Below, piece after piece: positions 37,966 to 52,370 of a stretch of DNA of 64,000 nucleotides. Each line of letters begins with the position of its first letter. Positions within the stretch are counted from its first letter, which is position 1. Source of the stretch: Callorhinchus milii (Eukaryota). The translations under genes and the position numbers were made by a program. The DNA lies in assembly GCF_018977255.1 (NCBI RefSeq), contig NW_024704742.1, positions 95,358,001 to 95,422,000 on the forward strand. Direction: 5' to 3'. The notes beneath the pieces were generated by a model, which made no database searches, was not told where the DNA came from, and saw only the letters and a list, made by a program, of their open reading frames with translations.

Positions 37966-39042
37966 TTGAGGTGTCGAGGCGTTGACGGGAGCCAATCAGG
38001 AGAGCCTCGGTCTTGTTGATGTTCAACTGAAGAAAGTTAGGTCTCATCCAGGACTTGATGTCTGACAGACATTCTGTCAGCACAGCAGTGGTCCTGGTGT
38101 TAAGGGTGGAGGCAGAGAGGTAGAGTTGGGTGTCATCTGCATACATGTGAAGTTGACCCCATGTCTGTGGATGATGTCACCAAGAGGGAGCATATAGATT
38201 GAAGAGGAGAGGACCAAGGACAGAGCCTGAGGGACGCAGCACGAGACGATGCGGGGACTAGAGGAGAAACCGTTAGTGGAGATGAAGTGGAGGCGGTGTG
38301 AAAGGTATGATCTGAACAAGTCAACGACAGAGACTTGAAGGTTGAGGTGAGAGGAGAGGCGGTGGATGAGGATAGAGTGGTCAACGGTGTGGAAGGCAGC
38401 AGAGAGGTCAAGGAGGATGAGGAGGCAGAGGGAGCCCTGGTCGCAGATGGACAGAATGTCATTTGTCACTTTGACCAGGGCTGTTTCTGTGCTGTGGGCG
38501 GCACGAAAGCCCGATCGGAGGGGTTCGAGAAGGGATTAGCAGGAGAGGAAGGAGCGAAGCTGCAAAACGACAACTCATTCCAGGACCTTGGAGAGGAAAG
38601 GGAAGTTGGAGCTGGGTCCAGGGAGGGTTTTTTAAGGATAGGATGGATGACGGCCATTTTTAATGTGTGGGAACAGTACTTGTGGACAGAGAGAGCTTTA
38701 TGATGTCTGTTAGTAGAGGGGCAAGGAGGTGGAGCTGGGTGGTAAGGAGAGGAGTAGGGGTGGGTTCTAGGGAGCAGGTGGTTGGTTTTGTGTGGGTTAT
38801 AGTGGTGTTGACAGAGGAGTGGGAGATAGGTTTGAAGATGTGGAGGGAGGGATGGGTAGGAGCTGGGGTGGGAAGGGGAGGTGGGGAGGGTGTAGTAGAG
38901 GGAAGGGCAGAGACAGCTCCCCTCAACTATGGATTCAAGGAGGTCCAGCATCATCTCACAGTTGGCATTGGAGGTGAGGATGGGTGTGGGGTGAGAGGGT
39001 GGGCATAGGAGCCGGTTGGTGATGGAGAAGAGGAATCTGTAC
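37966..39042 (-). mobile_element. Older L2 internal fragment (RT and upstream region)
   Basis: [41 protein letters not shown]. Confidence 0.9.
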
Positions 39043-39580
39043 AAATTAATACTGAAGTGAATGTATTATACCTCAACAACAACAGCTAGCATTTATATAG
39101 TGCCCTTCACACGGGGCATATATTTAATATCAAATGTTTTCAGTCTGTTCAATCAGTGGAACATCCTTTAAAAGTTACTTTGAGCCAGTTGTGCCTCCAG
39201 CTGTTTACTAACCTAAAACATGAATTTATATTCTGGCAGTGGTGTAGTGGAGCTCTGTGCACATTTCATCTGCATTCAGGCAAGAGAGTGAAGTGTAGTT
39301 CTGCTACAAGGACCATGCCACACCAGTGCCTGAAGAAACCTGAGGCAACCGTGGTTCCAGATAATTGTCTTTGAATGAACAGTAGCTTTGGGGGGGGGGA
39401 TATCCACTGAAGAGTTATGACAGACATGAATATAATCCTTTAATCGTTATGACATGCTGTGACGGTGACATTTCTAGGATCATTTAGAATAAAATCATAA
39501 ATCAATCACTACTTGAAATAAAATGCACTTTAGAGGTGGAATTTAATTCCAATAAAATTGGCTGACTCTTCAGCAACATT

Positions 39581-39892
39581 AATAATAAATAATAATCCTT
39601 TGCATATGATATAGCAGGTTTCACGCTTTCTAGACATCTCAAAGTGCTTCACAGAATGTACTGTAAAGTGAATTGACTATATGTAATGGCAGCCAATTGC
39701 GCACAGCACTGTCCCACAAACAGTTGTGGATTGAGTGACCAAATCATTATTTTATTTATTTATTTTCTTGAGGGATTATTATCAGGCATGTGGAGTAAGG
39801 AAACTTGCCCAAGGTTTCACCCTGCCGGGAATCGAACACAGGTCTCTGGCTTGCGAGGCAAGTGCTCTAACTACTGAGCTACAGGACTCCAC
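39581..39892 (-). mobile_element. tRNA-Ala-headed SINE, short form, intermediate age
   Basis: Ends gagctacaggactccac; B box reads gttcgattcccgg on the minus strand. Confidence 0.92.
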
Positions 39893-40553
39893 ATTGCTGT
39901 TGACCATCATAGGAATGGTGTGTTGTTTTCTATGGATGAGTTTTAAACTGAGTTGCCAACCTAAAATGAGCTGAACTGAGTCAGTTTGGATTTCTGGTTG
40001 CTGAATAACAGAATTTGTTCCAGTTCAAACATTTTGGGATGAGATGGTCATGCTTCTTTCATCATCTTCTGGAAAATGAATATCATAGAGTCAAGAGGTT
40101 GTTCTGTAAAGATTTACAAAGAAAGCAAACTTACACTTTCCGTATCGCGCTGTTCAGGATTTTACCATTATCCATTATCCGAGGTACATGTAGTTGTAAC
40201 ATGTTTTACACCATTGATCTGGTGGTAAGAAAAAGATTGCAATCCCTAGAAGTGGAGGTAGGTTGGTGATAGAAATCCAATTTTCTTTATTCTAGTAGCA
40301 GTGCATATTCAATTCTCTTCCCAGCTGCAGCTTTTCAGTATGAGAAACAGAAAGCCCTACACCTTAAGCTCCGACCATCTGGCTGGCTCTTGAGCTCCGT
40401 AGAACCATAGAAATTTACATAGAAGAAGTCCATTCAGCCAATCATGTCTTTGTTCCTATTTGTCTGTCTTTTCCCCAGACACCTTTAGTTTGCACCTTTT
40501 TGTATACTAAAAAGCTCCCTACTCTCCCCCTGATACTAGCAGATTCTCTCTTG

Positions 40554-40752
40554 TAGAATCATAGAACTATACAGCACAGGAGGAGGCCTTTCGGCCCATC
40601 GTGTCTGTGCCAGCTCTTTGAAAAGAGCTATCCAACTCAATTCCACTCCCCCGCTCTCTCCCCATAGCCCTGCAAACTTGTCCTCCCCAAATAATTATCT
40701 ACTTCTCCCTTAAACATTGTTATTGAATCGCGTTCCACCATCCTTTCAGGCA
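40554..40752 (-). mobile_element. CR1 3' end fragment, same type as 4339
   Basis: tagaatcatagaactatacagcacaggaggaggcc..gcccatcgtgtctgtgcc; related fragments near 40401, 54498 and 60450. Confidence 0.85.
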
Positions 40753-41100
40753 GACTTCAGAAACAAATTCCCTTAAAGCTATGGAAGAAAAATTAATGGA
40801 GGATTTCAGAGATGTGACCATCTTTTTGGGAGCGCTACCAGCATTGTGAATTTACTGATATAATCACATTGTTACATAACTCGAACTCTATCAGCAGGTT
40901 TAAAGAATGGAGCAGCAACAAACAAAACAAAATACAGGACAACTGATCATGTGAAATTGTTCGAGGTTCCCTGCAGTCTATACTCGCTGGCGGTAGAAGG
41001 CAGGACTCCCACTCTCATGGTCCCAGCATAGTTGGGAGTCTCACCATAGTTGTGTCCTGATGTCATTTGCTGTAATTAGTTATGTGATTATTCAGGAATC

Positions 41101-41272
41101 AGCCTGGCTCAGTTGGTAGCGCTCTCGCCTCTGAGTAAGAAGGTTGATGGTTCAAGACCCACATCTGTGTTTTGAGCTCATGGTCTCACCTGACACTCCA
41201 GTGCAGTGGTGGGGGAGCACAGCATTGTCAGAGGTGCCATCTTTCGGGCAATATCCCATCTGCCTGTTCAGG
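41101..41272 (+). mobile_element. DeuSINE (SacSINE1-like) 5' half
   Basis: ggctcagttggtagcgctctcgcctctgagtaagaaggtt..ctgacactccagtgcagt..gcattgtcagaggtgccatctttcgg. Confidence 0.75.
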
Positions 41273-44200
41273 CAACTTGCTATCACACAACAAATCCCTG
41301 GTTGTGTAAAAAGAAAGGAGAGAAATACATTTTCAGTGGAAATACCAGTTATCCACAAGGGTTGGTGTGCTTGACTGGAGATATGCCAGATATGACAATT
41401 GGTGCAAGTATAAAACGCATCGTGGGGGACCGGTCATGTCAAATTTGTCCTTGTCAGACGCCGTGTGAAAAACGTAATGACTTTGATGCTATGCAAACTG
41501 GAAATGTTGCATTTTTGCATTGTCTACAAATGTCAGCTGGGCACAATCAGTTGAACAGGTTATTTCTCCTGTCAGTCTGTAACTCAGCACAGGTCCCCAC
41601 ATATCTCAAGGAAGAAGCAAAGAAATGCTAGCAATGCATTGCAAGTCCATCACCATCTAAAAGAATAAAATGGATTAACATTTTAGATAGTTTGGTGGTT
41701 CTGACATCCCTTGACTTTTCTATGAAGATCTTTAAAAATTTAAATTTTTTGTAATCTTGTGTTGAATTCTTTTACTGTGGGGGGGGGGGGAAGGATTACA
41801 ATTTCCAGATAATAATACAAATTTGGAGGCATTGCCATAAGGTGAACATCCTGCTTGCCAGCTCCCCAGCTTCTACCTACACAAGTGACACTATCGAACA
41901 GCCTAAATCCTCTCCCGCATCAGGCCTATCACCGGTATCCTGGTTTGTTTCCACTGGCTCCTCATCCTCTGGGGGATTGAAATCAGGATCTTTGTTCTCG
42001 AGGATAAGTTCCTCCACTGCCTTGTCCCTCCCTACCTCCGGAAACTTGGTCATTCCCTCTGCCTTTAGCACACTGAACATTGAAAAGCCGTGGTGTGTGA
42101 TAGGTAGGACGGCAGTTCCATCCAATATGATTGCTGGTGTTAATTCAGCATTCGCACCAGGTTGAAAAGGTACTTCTCGCCCCCCGTCCCCACTGCCATG
42201 CTTTCAATTCTCGATGTTTACACAAAGATATTCCAAAAAATATAAATGAAAAAAGACTGTACTTATAGTTCGGTGTAAATCATTTCTGAAACGTTGCTGA
42301 GCAAAATGCTGTAAAAACACAGTCAGGCTACCTTGGACCTCACCCTAGTATTTCCACAAATGTTCAAAGCACTCAACGGTGTTTACAAATCAACAATAAC
42401 AATAAACCTTGCAGTTGATATAGGCTCTATTTGATATAGGCTCTAATTGATGTAGAGCCTTATGACATAGCAATTTCAATGCTGCATTTGTATTGCTAGT
42501 TTGCTGCTGATGTAATACAACTGTGAGGCAACTAAACCTGGTGGTGCACACAGGTGGCTCCAGCAGCAGGGTCTGTCTCAGCAATAACAAACAGACTGCT
42601 GCTCTGTCAGAGCCTGAAGCAGCTGTGGACTTTTTAACAGCTAGCACGCTGAGAGACAAACTCAGTCCAGCCACGTAGGCCAGTTAAATCATCCTTGGAA
42701 AAAAATTGCAACTATTGGGGAAGGTATGGCCACTAACTACATAGTCTGGAGCTAATTTTGAGACAACTGGCATACACAATAGTACACGCACAGACACACA
42801 CATAGTTGTATTGAAGTGGAATTGGTGACATGTTGGTAATAATGAGCAGTTCTACAATAATTGGAACCCAGAGAAAGTGTTGGAGGACCCTATACTGTAG
42901 CACTACAAGGCACATCTAATTTTTCAGCATTTTAGCTAGTCATATACTGAGACTCATTCTTCAGCTATGCATCATTTGTTCATGGCACAGCTCAGTCACA
43001 AAAACATCACTTTGAGGAATTGTCAGGGTGTCAAGAAATGTTTTTTCCTGCTTAACGGTAAGCTGATGGAAACATTGTAAATACGAACTTCTGCAATGCT
43101 TTGACTGTCGAACAGATTTTAATCATAACATGAGGACCTTCAACCCTTGAAGAACAACAATTTTAACTTTTACTTGTGAGGTTTGTTTCATGACAGATCT
43201 TTTAGAGATGGTATGGAACACAGAGTAAGATGGTGCATATTTTGGGAGAGAATTCCAGAGAGTGGAGGGTGGAATGAATGTTCAGCCCTGAAAACACTTC
43301 CCCTGGAGGAATAGAAGTGCAGTAGTCATTTGCATTGACCGATCGTAAATTTAATGAATGTTTCCCAATTTTAGTAACAATTGATGTGAGGGAATGGCAA
43401 AGAAAATTCACTTCCCTTTAATTGTTCGACTTTGGCTCCATTTCATTTTGAACTATTTGAGGCAGTTGTTATAGAAGACTACCGATGGTTTGCAGCCACA
43501 GAATGCTTGCTACCACATCTCCAACCAGTAAATCCATTTCTTTTCATCACATTTTTTACAGTCCTGCTGGCCATAAAGGAGGACTCAGCCAATCTTCTTT
43601 GGACTTCATTTTGTCACACCATCTATCACAGGTTACCGGTGAGCCCACATCAATAAATCTCTGCACATTTCCACAAGCTGATGTCTTCCCCTGTTTTTAA
43701 GAATTATTGGCAAAGCTACCTTACTGACCACCAACCATTTTGTTGGGAAAATCAATCTCTTTCAAAAGTGCATGGAATTAATGGCAGTCAGGTACCTGAA
43801 AACTGGCATGGCCATAAAATACTGAAGGTGTTTATAATTGGATTAAGGTTGGCAGTGGCTAGAGGAGTTTAGTAGGTGTCTAAACTGGATATCTTGTTGT
43901 TTTATCTAAAACTAGAACAACAACAACTTGCATTTATATAGCACCCTTCATGCTGGTCAGTGCCTCGGAGAAATTAATAGTAAATTTGTATATATATTGT
44001 ATATAGAGGATGTAGTAGAAATTTATAATGTACTGATGCTATATCGCTAGCTGACAAATTTCGGGGAAATGATAGCATTTCAAATGATGTGGATATGTTA
44101 TATAGATGGTAATTTGAAGGCATATGGGACTGAATAGATTGCTCTTTCAAAGAGCCAGTACAGACACAATGGGTCATGATGACCTTCTTCTATCCTGCAA

Positions 44201-44691
44201 GTTTGTTTAGAGCAAGGATCTACTGTGGCCTATGTTGGAAACATTGTACATTTGGCTTGTGGTGCTGACCAGCCAGCTTCCCGCGCTAAAACTGGCTGAC
44301 TTCCAGATTGTCAGATTGTGGCTGAGATCACTTCTGGCACATTGTTTGGTATGCACAGGAAGCCCCACTGACGTCACTTTGCAAAGGTCCACAGTCCACC
44401 TGTGCTATAAGTGAACCCGCACTCAATCCAAGTGCCTTAAAACAGGGCCATATTGGATTCATCTCCTATTGGATCCCCTCATTTGTTGATACTTTTATAA
44501 TGGTACCTAACCAGTCTGATGCTTGATTAATGCATTGCTTTTCTGACACTTTACATGATTAATTTGCAGTGTACAAAATGCATGGTCAGTATTGTTGTTT
44601 GGTAAAGAACACACCTGTTCTCCACACATTAATTTTTAAATCGTTTTGCTGGATTTTATGCCAGTGGTCTCTAACAATAACAGAGCAACCA

Positions 44692-44773
44692 TTATATTAT
44701 TATATTATATTATATTATATTATATTATATTATATTATATTATATTATATTATATTATATTATATTATATTAT
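44692..44773. repeat. (TTATA)n pentanucleotide microsatellite
   Basis: Long, near-perfect run of ttata units. Confidence 0.95.
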
Positions 44774-45729
44774 TACATTATATGAGCTTCATATCCTAAT
44801 TTGTGATTTGTAAGGAGGTGCAGAGTGGAAAGGAATATGAGGGGAGTAACCTTTTGTTCTTCACATCTCATTGTTCTGAGTAAATAACAACATGGGGCCA
44901 GTTGCAGAGCACGACTCAGTTGGTAGCACTTTCTCCTCTGTGTCATAGGATTGTGGGTTCAAGACCCATGTTGGAATGTCCAGAGAGTGTTTTTTCTGAG
45001 GTTCGAACCAAGAATCCTCCCGATAAATTCGCTTCATGGATGGTCATTCGCTTCATGGATGTTTCTGGAACTTGCAAATTGGCTGTGTGTTTGTTTACAA
45101 ATATACAGTTACTACACTTGACATCAATTGACTGAAGAATTTAGTGACAATCTATATCAAATACAAGGATTATTACAATATTGGTGGAACAGGGAAAGGC
45201 ACTCAGTACTGGGAAAGTTCAAGGCATGAAGAAGAGGCAAAGTAGAGTGAGAGATTTTAAGAAAATCTGTCGCTAAATAACATTTTGTTTGACATATTGG
45301 AGCCATTAAAATATGTGGTACATAACCAGACAAGGAATGTTTTAATTCAGGAGGCTGTTCAATATATCACCAAACAACTGAACATTTACAAGAATAAAAA
45401 GCCTTCACATTAGCACACAATAATGTTAAAATGGGTATTGTGGTCCGAGACACCATCTGGTGTGAAGGGTGCTATGTAAATGCAAGTTGTTGTTGTTGTG
45501 GTCTCTTAATTCTTCTAATCAGACCGATTGCACCATTTGTAACGTCTATACCTTATGGAGGGATAATTATAGTCTAATCACAAGGATGAATTTTGTGTGC
45601 TTTGTTTGAGTAGATGTACACAAATGCAATCAATGCCTGATATTTCATTTTCATAAATAAACATTTGCAAAAACATTAGCAATCGGTGCATATCTATGTG
45701 TAGCTCATCCCGTTATCTTGATTTATCTA

Positions 45730-46297
45730 ATAATTCTTGCATTTGGTGTAGAACCTTTCACGTCAGGAGGATGTCTCAAAGTGCTTCACATGATTTACTG
45801 TAAAGTGAAGTGACTGTGTATTTTGTAGGCCATCGCTGTAGCCAATTTGCACACAACAATGTCCCACAAACAGCTATGAATTCAATGACCAATTTTATCT
45901 ATTTGCCAGGACACAGTAAGAAACTTCTGTCTCTTTACAAACAGCGCTATGGGATCTTTAACAGGCAGGCAGGAGTTGAGCGACCTCATGGTTTAATGTC
46001 TCACCCAAAGGAAGGCACCTTCAGCAATGCTACAACATGGCGACCACAGGGAAGGTGGAAGGCAAACTAGATGGACCATGATTTCTTTTTCGTCTAGCAT
46101 TTCTTATGTTATGTTCTTATACAACAACAACAACATGCATATATAGCACCCCTCTCACCGGGTAGCATCGCAGAGTCCTCCCCCAGCACTAAATTGGAAA
46201 GTCAGTCTAGATTGAGTGAGTTTAAAGTCTAGTTGCATGGCTTGAACTCACAACCTTCTGACTTGGGAGAAGTGTGGGGGAAATGGTACTAACTGAG
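45730..46297 (-). mobile_element. DeuSINE relic split by a CR1 tail (about 46035-46119, +) and an L2-type tail (about 46121-46177, -)
   Basis: 3' part to ..aggcaccttcagcaatgc resumes as ctcccccagcact..gtcagtctagatt..cttgaactcacaaccttctgact. Confidence 0.7.
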
Positions 46298-46782
46298 CGG
46301 ATACAAAAGAAGATTGAATTAAAGAAATCTACAGTTCCTTTAAATATTGGACAGATTGTGTTGCCTCTGGCTAAAATGGAATTTTGCAAATGTGTTCCAG
46401 AATAGGCATATGTCTAGACTTGTGAATATATTTTGTCCACTGTTACTAGTAAGGAAAAAGACTAATGTTAGCCTTTCACGTCTCTTCACTCAACCAGCAA
46501 TGCTCGTCAAAGTGATGGGCTGAATTATGGTAGATCAACAGTTTCTGATGTGCTTGCAGCTTAAAAATGACTTTGCTATTGCTCGTAGACATGGCCAGAA
46601 ATAACTGATCTTGTCTTTTTTGATAACATTTTAAACTGCAGTCAATACAGATAATCTACTGTGACGAGTTAGCCGTAGGTCCTCCCCTGTGCTCCCACAC
46701 TACTCGCCCATGCTGCACTCTCTCTCTTTCTCTCTCGCTGTGTCACACAGGACCTGCTCGCTGCAGAATCCACATCTGAGTA

Positions 46783-47512
46783 TACATTAGAATACATTAG
46801 AATACACAGCACAGAAACAGGCCATTTGGCCCAACTAGTCTATGCCGGTGTTTATGCTCCACATGAGCCTCCTCTTGCCCTTCCTCAACTAAGCCTTCAA
46901 GCATAATCTTCTATCCCTTTCTCCCTCATGTAACTCTCTAGCTTTCCCTTAAATACATCTGTGCTATTTGCCTCAATGACTCCTTGCGATAGCACGTTCC
47001 ACATTCCCACTACTCTCTGTGTGAAGAAATTTCTTCTAACTTCCCTATTTGATCTATTTGTGACTATTTTATATTGATGGCCCCTGGTTTTGGTCTCCCC
47101 CACAAGTGGAAACATCTTCCCCATGTCCACCCTATCAAAACCTTTCACATTTTAAAGACCTCTATCAGATCACCCCTTACCCTCTTTTCAAGAGAAGAGT
47201 CCAAGTATGTTCAGCCTTTCTTGATGGGTATAACCTCTCAGTTCTGGGATCATCCTTGTGAATCTCCTTTGCACCCTCTCCAGTGCCTCTACATCCCTTC
47301 TATAATGTGGGGACCAGAACTGCACACAGTATTCTAAGTGTGGTCTAACCAAAGTTTTTTAGAGGTTTACCATAACTTCCTGCTTTTCATTTCTATCCCT
47401 CTGGAAATGAACCCCAAGGCCGGGTTTGCTTTTTTTACGGCCTTATTAACCTGCGTTGCTACTTTTAGTGAATTGTGTATGTGTACCCCTAGGTCCCTTT
47501 GCTCCTCTACAC
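46783..47512 (-). mobile_element. CR1 LINE 3' fragment
   Basis: KGFDRVDMGKMFPLVGETKTRGH..FFTQRVVGMWNVL; tail (tattctaatg)2. Confidence 0.92.
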
Positions 47513-48005
47513 ATGCGTGCCCAACCTCCGCTGAGCCTTTGCATCAGTCACAGGATAGGGTGGGAGGCCTCAGCAATGTAAGATGCCATTTTATAGGATG
47601 AATTATCTGATCAATTTTACATTGTAAGTACTTACAAAAAATTCTACAATGCAACAAGTAACATGTTAAGCAAAGTGACAAGTAAAGCAAAGTCCCTTAT
47701 TAATGTTTTGCATGGGAAGCAGCCGGTATAATGACAAAATGATGACTTAAGTGATATTGATAGAGTTAAGGCAGGGTCGAGTCATCCTTTGCCTAAAATG
47801 GAACAAATGGAAAATACTGTAATATGTTCAGAAGCAAGCATGTTTATCTGTTAGAAGAGTAATAGGAATTATATAATAATATCACCAGAAGGAATTCAAA
47901 TTATTCCTTGCTTTCTTGGTTCAGTTTATATCACAGATTTTGGGGCATTTGCAGAGTTAACACACAATAACAATTTCCTCAGAACAATGGCCAATAATAG
48001 CATTT

Positions 48006-48063
48006 TGGAGTCCTGTAGTTCAGTAGTTAGAGCATTTGCCTCACAAGCGAGAGATCTGTGGTT
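48006..48063 (+). mobile_element. Isolated SINE tRNA-like head
   Basis: tggagtcctgtagttcagtagttagagcatttgcctcacaagcgagaga. Confidence 0.7.
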
Positions 48064-48912
48064 TGCTTGATTTATTTTTACTTGACTTGCTATGTGCAGA
48101 TCTGCACCATAACTCTTAGTATTAGAGAATGTTGGAACTCCAATGTAGGGAACCCTCCATTCCACCAATGGTGTTTTGACTTGTGACATAAGTAAACACC
48201 GCTTCTAAACTATGCCAGCAATGTCTCGCAAACAGGCTGGATATTATCAAAGAAATGGGATTGAATTAATTTCAGAGAGTGAAGTTAAAGTGGAAGAACA
48301 TTAATTCCCACATCCGACATATGATTTCAACACCTTAAATATTTAATTGAGTTATTCTGGGGATAGACTAATTATTATTGCTGAGTTACTGAGCTCGCCA
48401 AAATGTGTAATTTCAAAATTTATGATCATTCGCATATATAAGTGCAGATCAAATGTTAAATGTGTTAATGCTTGTATGACCAAACCTCGTGGCACACTGG
48501 AGAAAATATGCACATTAATATTCCAGAAATCAAAGTAGTAAGCTATCAAAAGCACATAAAAGCAAGCACCACGGATATTGTAAAAGACTTTCTAAATTCT
48601 TCTGAGAATACTGGATCCCTTCTATTGATTCATTTACATATGTTACAACTTTACAAATAAAGCATAATGTGGATTAGTCTGATCAGAAAAATGCCCTCAG
48701 TTCTCCAAGCAACTTTAATTTTTTTTAAGTCATTCACCATGAATTGCTTACCTCACACGAGTGCATTTATCAACAGCGAGCAAAAGTGCATTTCATTTTG
48801 TTCAGTCAAATGAAAAAGGTCATCTAAAACAAGTTACTGGCTGATTCAGAAAAATAGCTAGGAAGTTTTGGTGAGGTTTACAAGTGCAAATTAAAACAAC
48901 AAAACAAGAAAT

Positions 48913-49270
48913 AGTAATAATACTTGCACTTGATATTGCATCTTTTCACCCTGTCAAACCATCTCAAAGCGATTTACCGGATTTTACTGTAAGTGTAGTC
49001 ATGATGTATTTGCAGGCAATCTCTGGAATTTGTGCACAGGAATGTTCTACCCACAGACATGAAGTGAATATCCTATATTATCTGGGGGATTGTTGGCCCC
49101 AACTCTGGGGGAAATTCTCTTTTCGAATAGCACCACGGAATCATTAATATCTTCCTAAACTGGCAGAATGGATCTTGGTTTAATGTCTCACCCAAAGGAT
49201 GGCATCTTGGTGAATGAACAGACCACCCAGCAATATATTGGAGATCAGCTTAGACTACGTGAGCTCAAAG
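48913..49270 (-). mobile_element. DeuSINE-like relic
   Basis: ctgggggattgttggcc..tcttttcgaatagcaccacgg..ggtttaatgtctcacccaaaggatggcatct. Confidence 0.65.
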
Positions 49271-49427
49271 TTCCAATGTAACCATATGTCTTTTATCACA
49301 TCTGTCTCAGTTAGTTCAAAATTAAACCGAGCCAAAGTCTGAGAGTTCCTCACCTGTGTCATATGTTTCTAAACATTGGGAGACAGAGATTTTAACTAAC
49401 TTTAAGATCAGCCATTGCTTTGAAGAA

Positions 49428-49766
49428 GAGTCCTGTAGCTCAATGGTTGGAGCACTCGCCTCGCAAGCAAGAGGACCTGGAAAGGAGAAATGTTGGGCAA
49501 GTTTCCTTATTCCACATGCCTGTTTATCTAGCAGTAAGTAGAAACCTAGGAACCCAGTTATTAGTCGATTGGCAGATCGCTTATCCGGGGGTAATAACTC
49601 CTTCACTCCATGACTGTTTGTGGGACACTGCTGTGCGCAATTGGCTGCTGCATTTCGCCCACAAAATATACAGTCATGTTCATTTTACAATATATTCTGT
49701 GAAGTGCTTTTAGTAGTCTCAAAGACATGATAACGCACTATATCAACTGCAAGTATTATTATTATT
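49428..49766 (+). mobile_element. tRNA-Ala-headed SINE, long form
   Basis: Head, gcctgtttatctagcagtaagtag segment, shared body and tail. Confidence 0.88.
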
Positions 49767-51494
49767 AAGAGGTTTTACCAGACATATGACGAGTATATTC
49801 CTGTTCCTTCAGGGAAGGGTTCTTGGGCTGAGCCTTCAGTCACTACACCTACCTCTCTGGAACTCTGTCCCAAAATCTACCTGTCTTACTTACTCTTACT
49901 TTTAATCGCCATCTCGCTCTGTGATCCACAGTATCTCCGTAAAGCAAAGTCCAGAGGGACTACTTTATGTTGGATAACTACCCCATTTTACCGAACAAAG
50001 TAAAAGCCAGGTGAAATGTTTTGACATTCTTTGCTGCGGAGCTGTTGTGGGTGCACTGAGTGCTGACTATCAGTGACAGTGGCTGTCGAAAGACATGAAT
50101 TGAGGTCTCCATGAGGAGAAATAACCTGGGGCATCCTCCAGTTGTGAAAGTCGCTAATGAATATAAATTGTACCGTATTTGCATAAGGAAAGTGATATTT
50201 TTAATCAAATACAACTTGCTTTCTCCAGTAAAACAAGGAATACTTTGAATAAGATGTGCTCCCTCTGTGGTTTCCTTCTGCACTGCCTCTCGGATCTGGG
50301 CAGCCCATATATGTTATGGCGATCAGAACTGTATGCAGTAGCTCAACTGTAGTCTGACATTGTAGATTTTTCATATCACTGTTGAGGTCAACTGATCTCA
50401 GCTGAATTGGCAATACAGTAAAACTCGCTTAAGTCTTATCTTTATAAATTCTTTCAAGAACTGCAGATATTTGCTTGTTCGAGTTGAAAGACTCCTTCCT
50501 ACCTTCTATGGAGCTTTGATGTTTTTGTTCTGTCCTCACTTAAATCTAAACTCTTGCTACTTTCAACTCCAGCTTTAAGATAACACAAATTGAAATTGCA
50601 ATTTTGCTTTGCATTGACCTCTTCACAGATGTATATTGCATTCACAGTTAGCTTCAGCCTGAAATTCCCTCTCATATTCTGACTGAAGCTCTTTGAACAC
50701 AACCCGGTATTTTTTTTTCATCCTGATTTAAAAAGAAAAGCTACAGGAAGTTGCCCCACTTATCACCAATGTTGAAGGATTGCTCAAAATCACAATTTAC
50801 TGAAATAAAAGTGATAAATTGCTGCATATGAATATATTTCTTAATTATCCAACCACGAAAGATAGAGGAGCTCTGCAAATAGAAATATTGTCTTTGGGAA
50901 ACATTTTATTTATTCCTTGAAATCAGAGCTGTCATTTTACTGTCAGTCTTCACTTCTCTGATTTTAGTGATCTGGTTATGGTCAGAGACTGGGTTGAATC
51001 TCACTGTGTTATGTGCTGGGGATGGAACATCATCTGATGAAATGTGTCCCTCAGGAGCAGAATGCTTTGGGTATTAAAATTGAATGTGCGATTTCAGGAT
51101 TTTTAATGCTAGGTTTTAATGAGGCCCATGTTTGCCACCTGCATTTTGAGAATGTCAAGGACGAGAAAAGGCAGTTCAACGATGCTTCAGTGCATAATGT
51201 ATTTTAAATTAGGTACTTAAGCTGCTGTAGTAAGTATGGTGCCAGGGAGCTCACAAATAAGCAAGCGGTCCATGTCTCAAAGGGGAGGGAATGAGTGCAG
51301 GGAAAATGTACGATAAAAGAGGATATCAATGTTATCTGTCTACTGTTTTTTAAAAAAATGGTTTGGGATGTAAATTCATTCAAGCAAAACTTAGCTTTGC
51401 ATCCAAGTGCAGAAAAGATCATGCTGTAAAGGACATGAGAGTACCATATGTGAAGTTGCAGCCCAATAGCAAAAATGTTTCATAATAGCTTTCT

Positions 51495-52370
51495 TATATT
51501 CCAACGTATCACAAGATTTGTTTTGTTCAGTCTTCAACTCATTTGACCTCATCCTTCCAGAACACTCACCTACATTTTTCCAATCACAACATCAAGCTAT
51601 TTTTTAAACAAGGCCAGTGTCTTGGCCTCAACCACTCTTCCTGGTAACCTATTCCAGTTGTTAATTACCCTTGTAAATAAATAAATATTTCCTAGTGTCT
51701 GTCCTAAAATTGCACTTTACAATTCTAACCCTGTATCCTCTTGTTCTACTGTCTCAGTGCATCCAAAAGTATTGTTGTGAGTTTAGTTTTTCAATCCAAT
51801 TTAAAATGTTATACAATATATCACTACAAAGTCTCTTCTGAGATATGTCTTATTTTAAGATTAAAGAGGCCCAGGTTGTCTAATCGTCATTTATAGCTTA
51901 TTCCTCTGACATTCTAACTCCTCTGCATTACCTCTATGGCCTAGGCAGCCTCTTATGTGGTGGCAAACAGAAATATATGCAATATTCTAGGGTGATCTAA
52001 CCAGAGCACTAAATAGTGTGAGTATGACTTCTGGGGATCTGAATTAAACTGATTTAGCCTAGCCCAGGATCCTATTTGAAATGTGCAATATAAATGGCAA
52101 TTGTTGTTGTTTACCTTGTCTATTACTGCCTCATACTGTCTTGACAAGGGTAGTGATGAGTCAGTAACACCCCTGGATCTCTTTCAGTGTTCCCCTTAGC
52201 AAGTTTTATTGCATCCATGGAGTACAACAATTACCTATTCTTACGTCCTATATGTAGTATCTATATTGAACTTCATTTTCCTACCATCAGCTTGTGTGTA
52301 TATTTTATCATGTTTTTGTTGTAAGACCTTTGGTGCCTCCTCTGATTTCCCCCAACTTGAATATAATATT
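51495..52370 (-). mobile_element. Highly decayed CR1 LINE
   Basis: Reverse-strand CR1 3' remnants (ggtaacctattcca, tatcctcttgttctac, taaatggcaattgt). Confidence 0.6.

Noticed and set aside
41877..42125. Acidic, protein-like minus-strand ORF
   Set aside because: Antisense reading of a decayed + strand L2 fragment (ccactggctcc..attgaaatcaggatc..ccctccctacctc)
44569..44799. ORF with YYIIL repeats
   Set aside because: Translation of the (TTATA)n microsatellite
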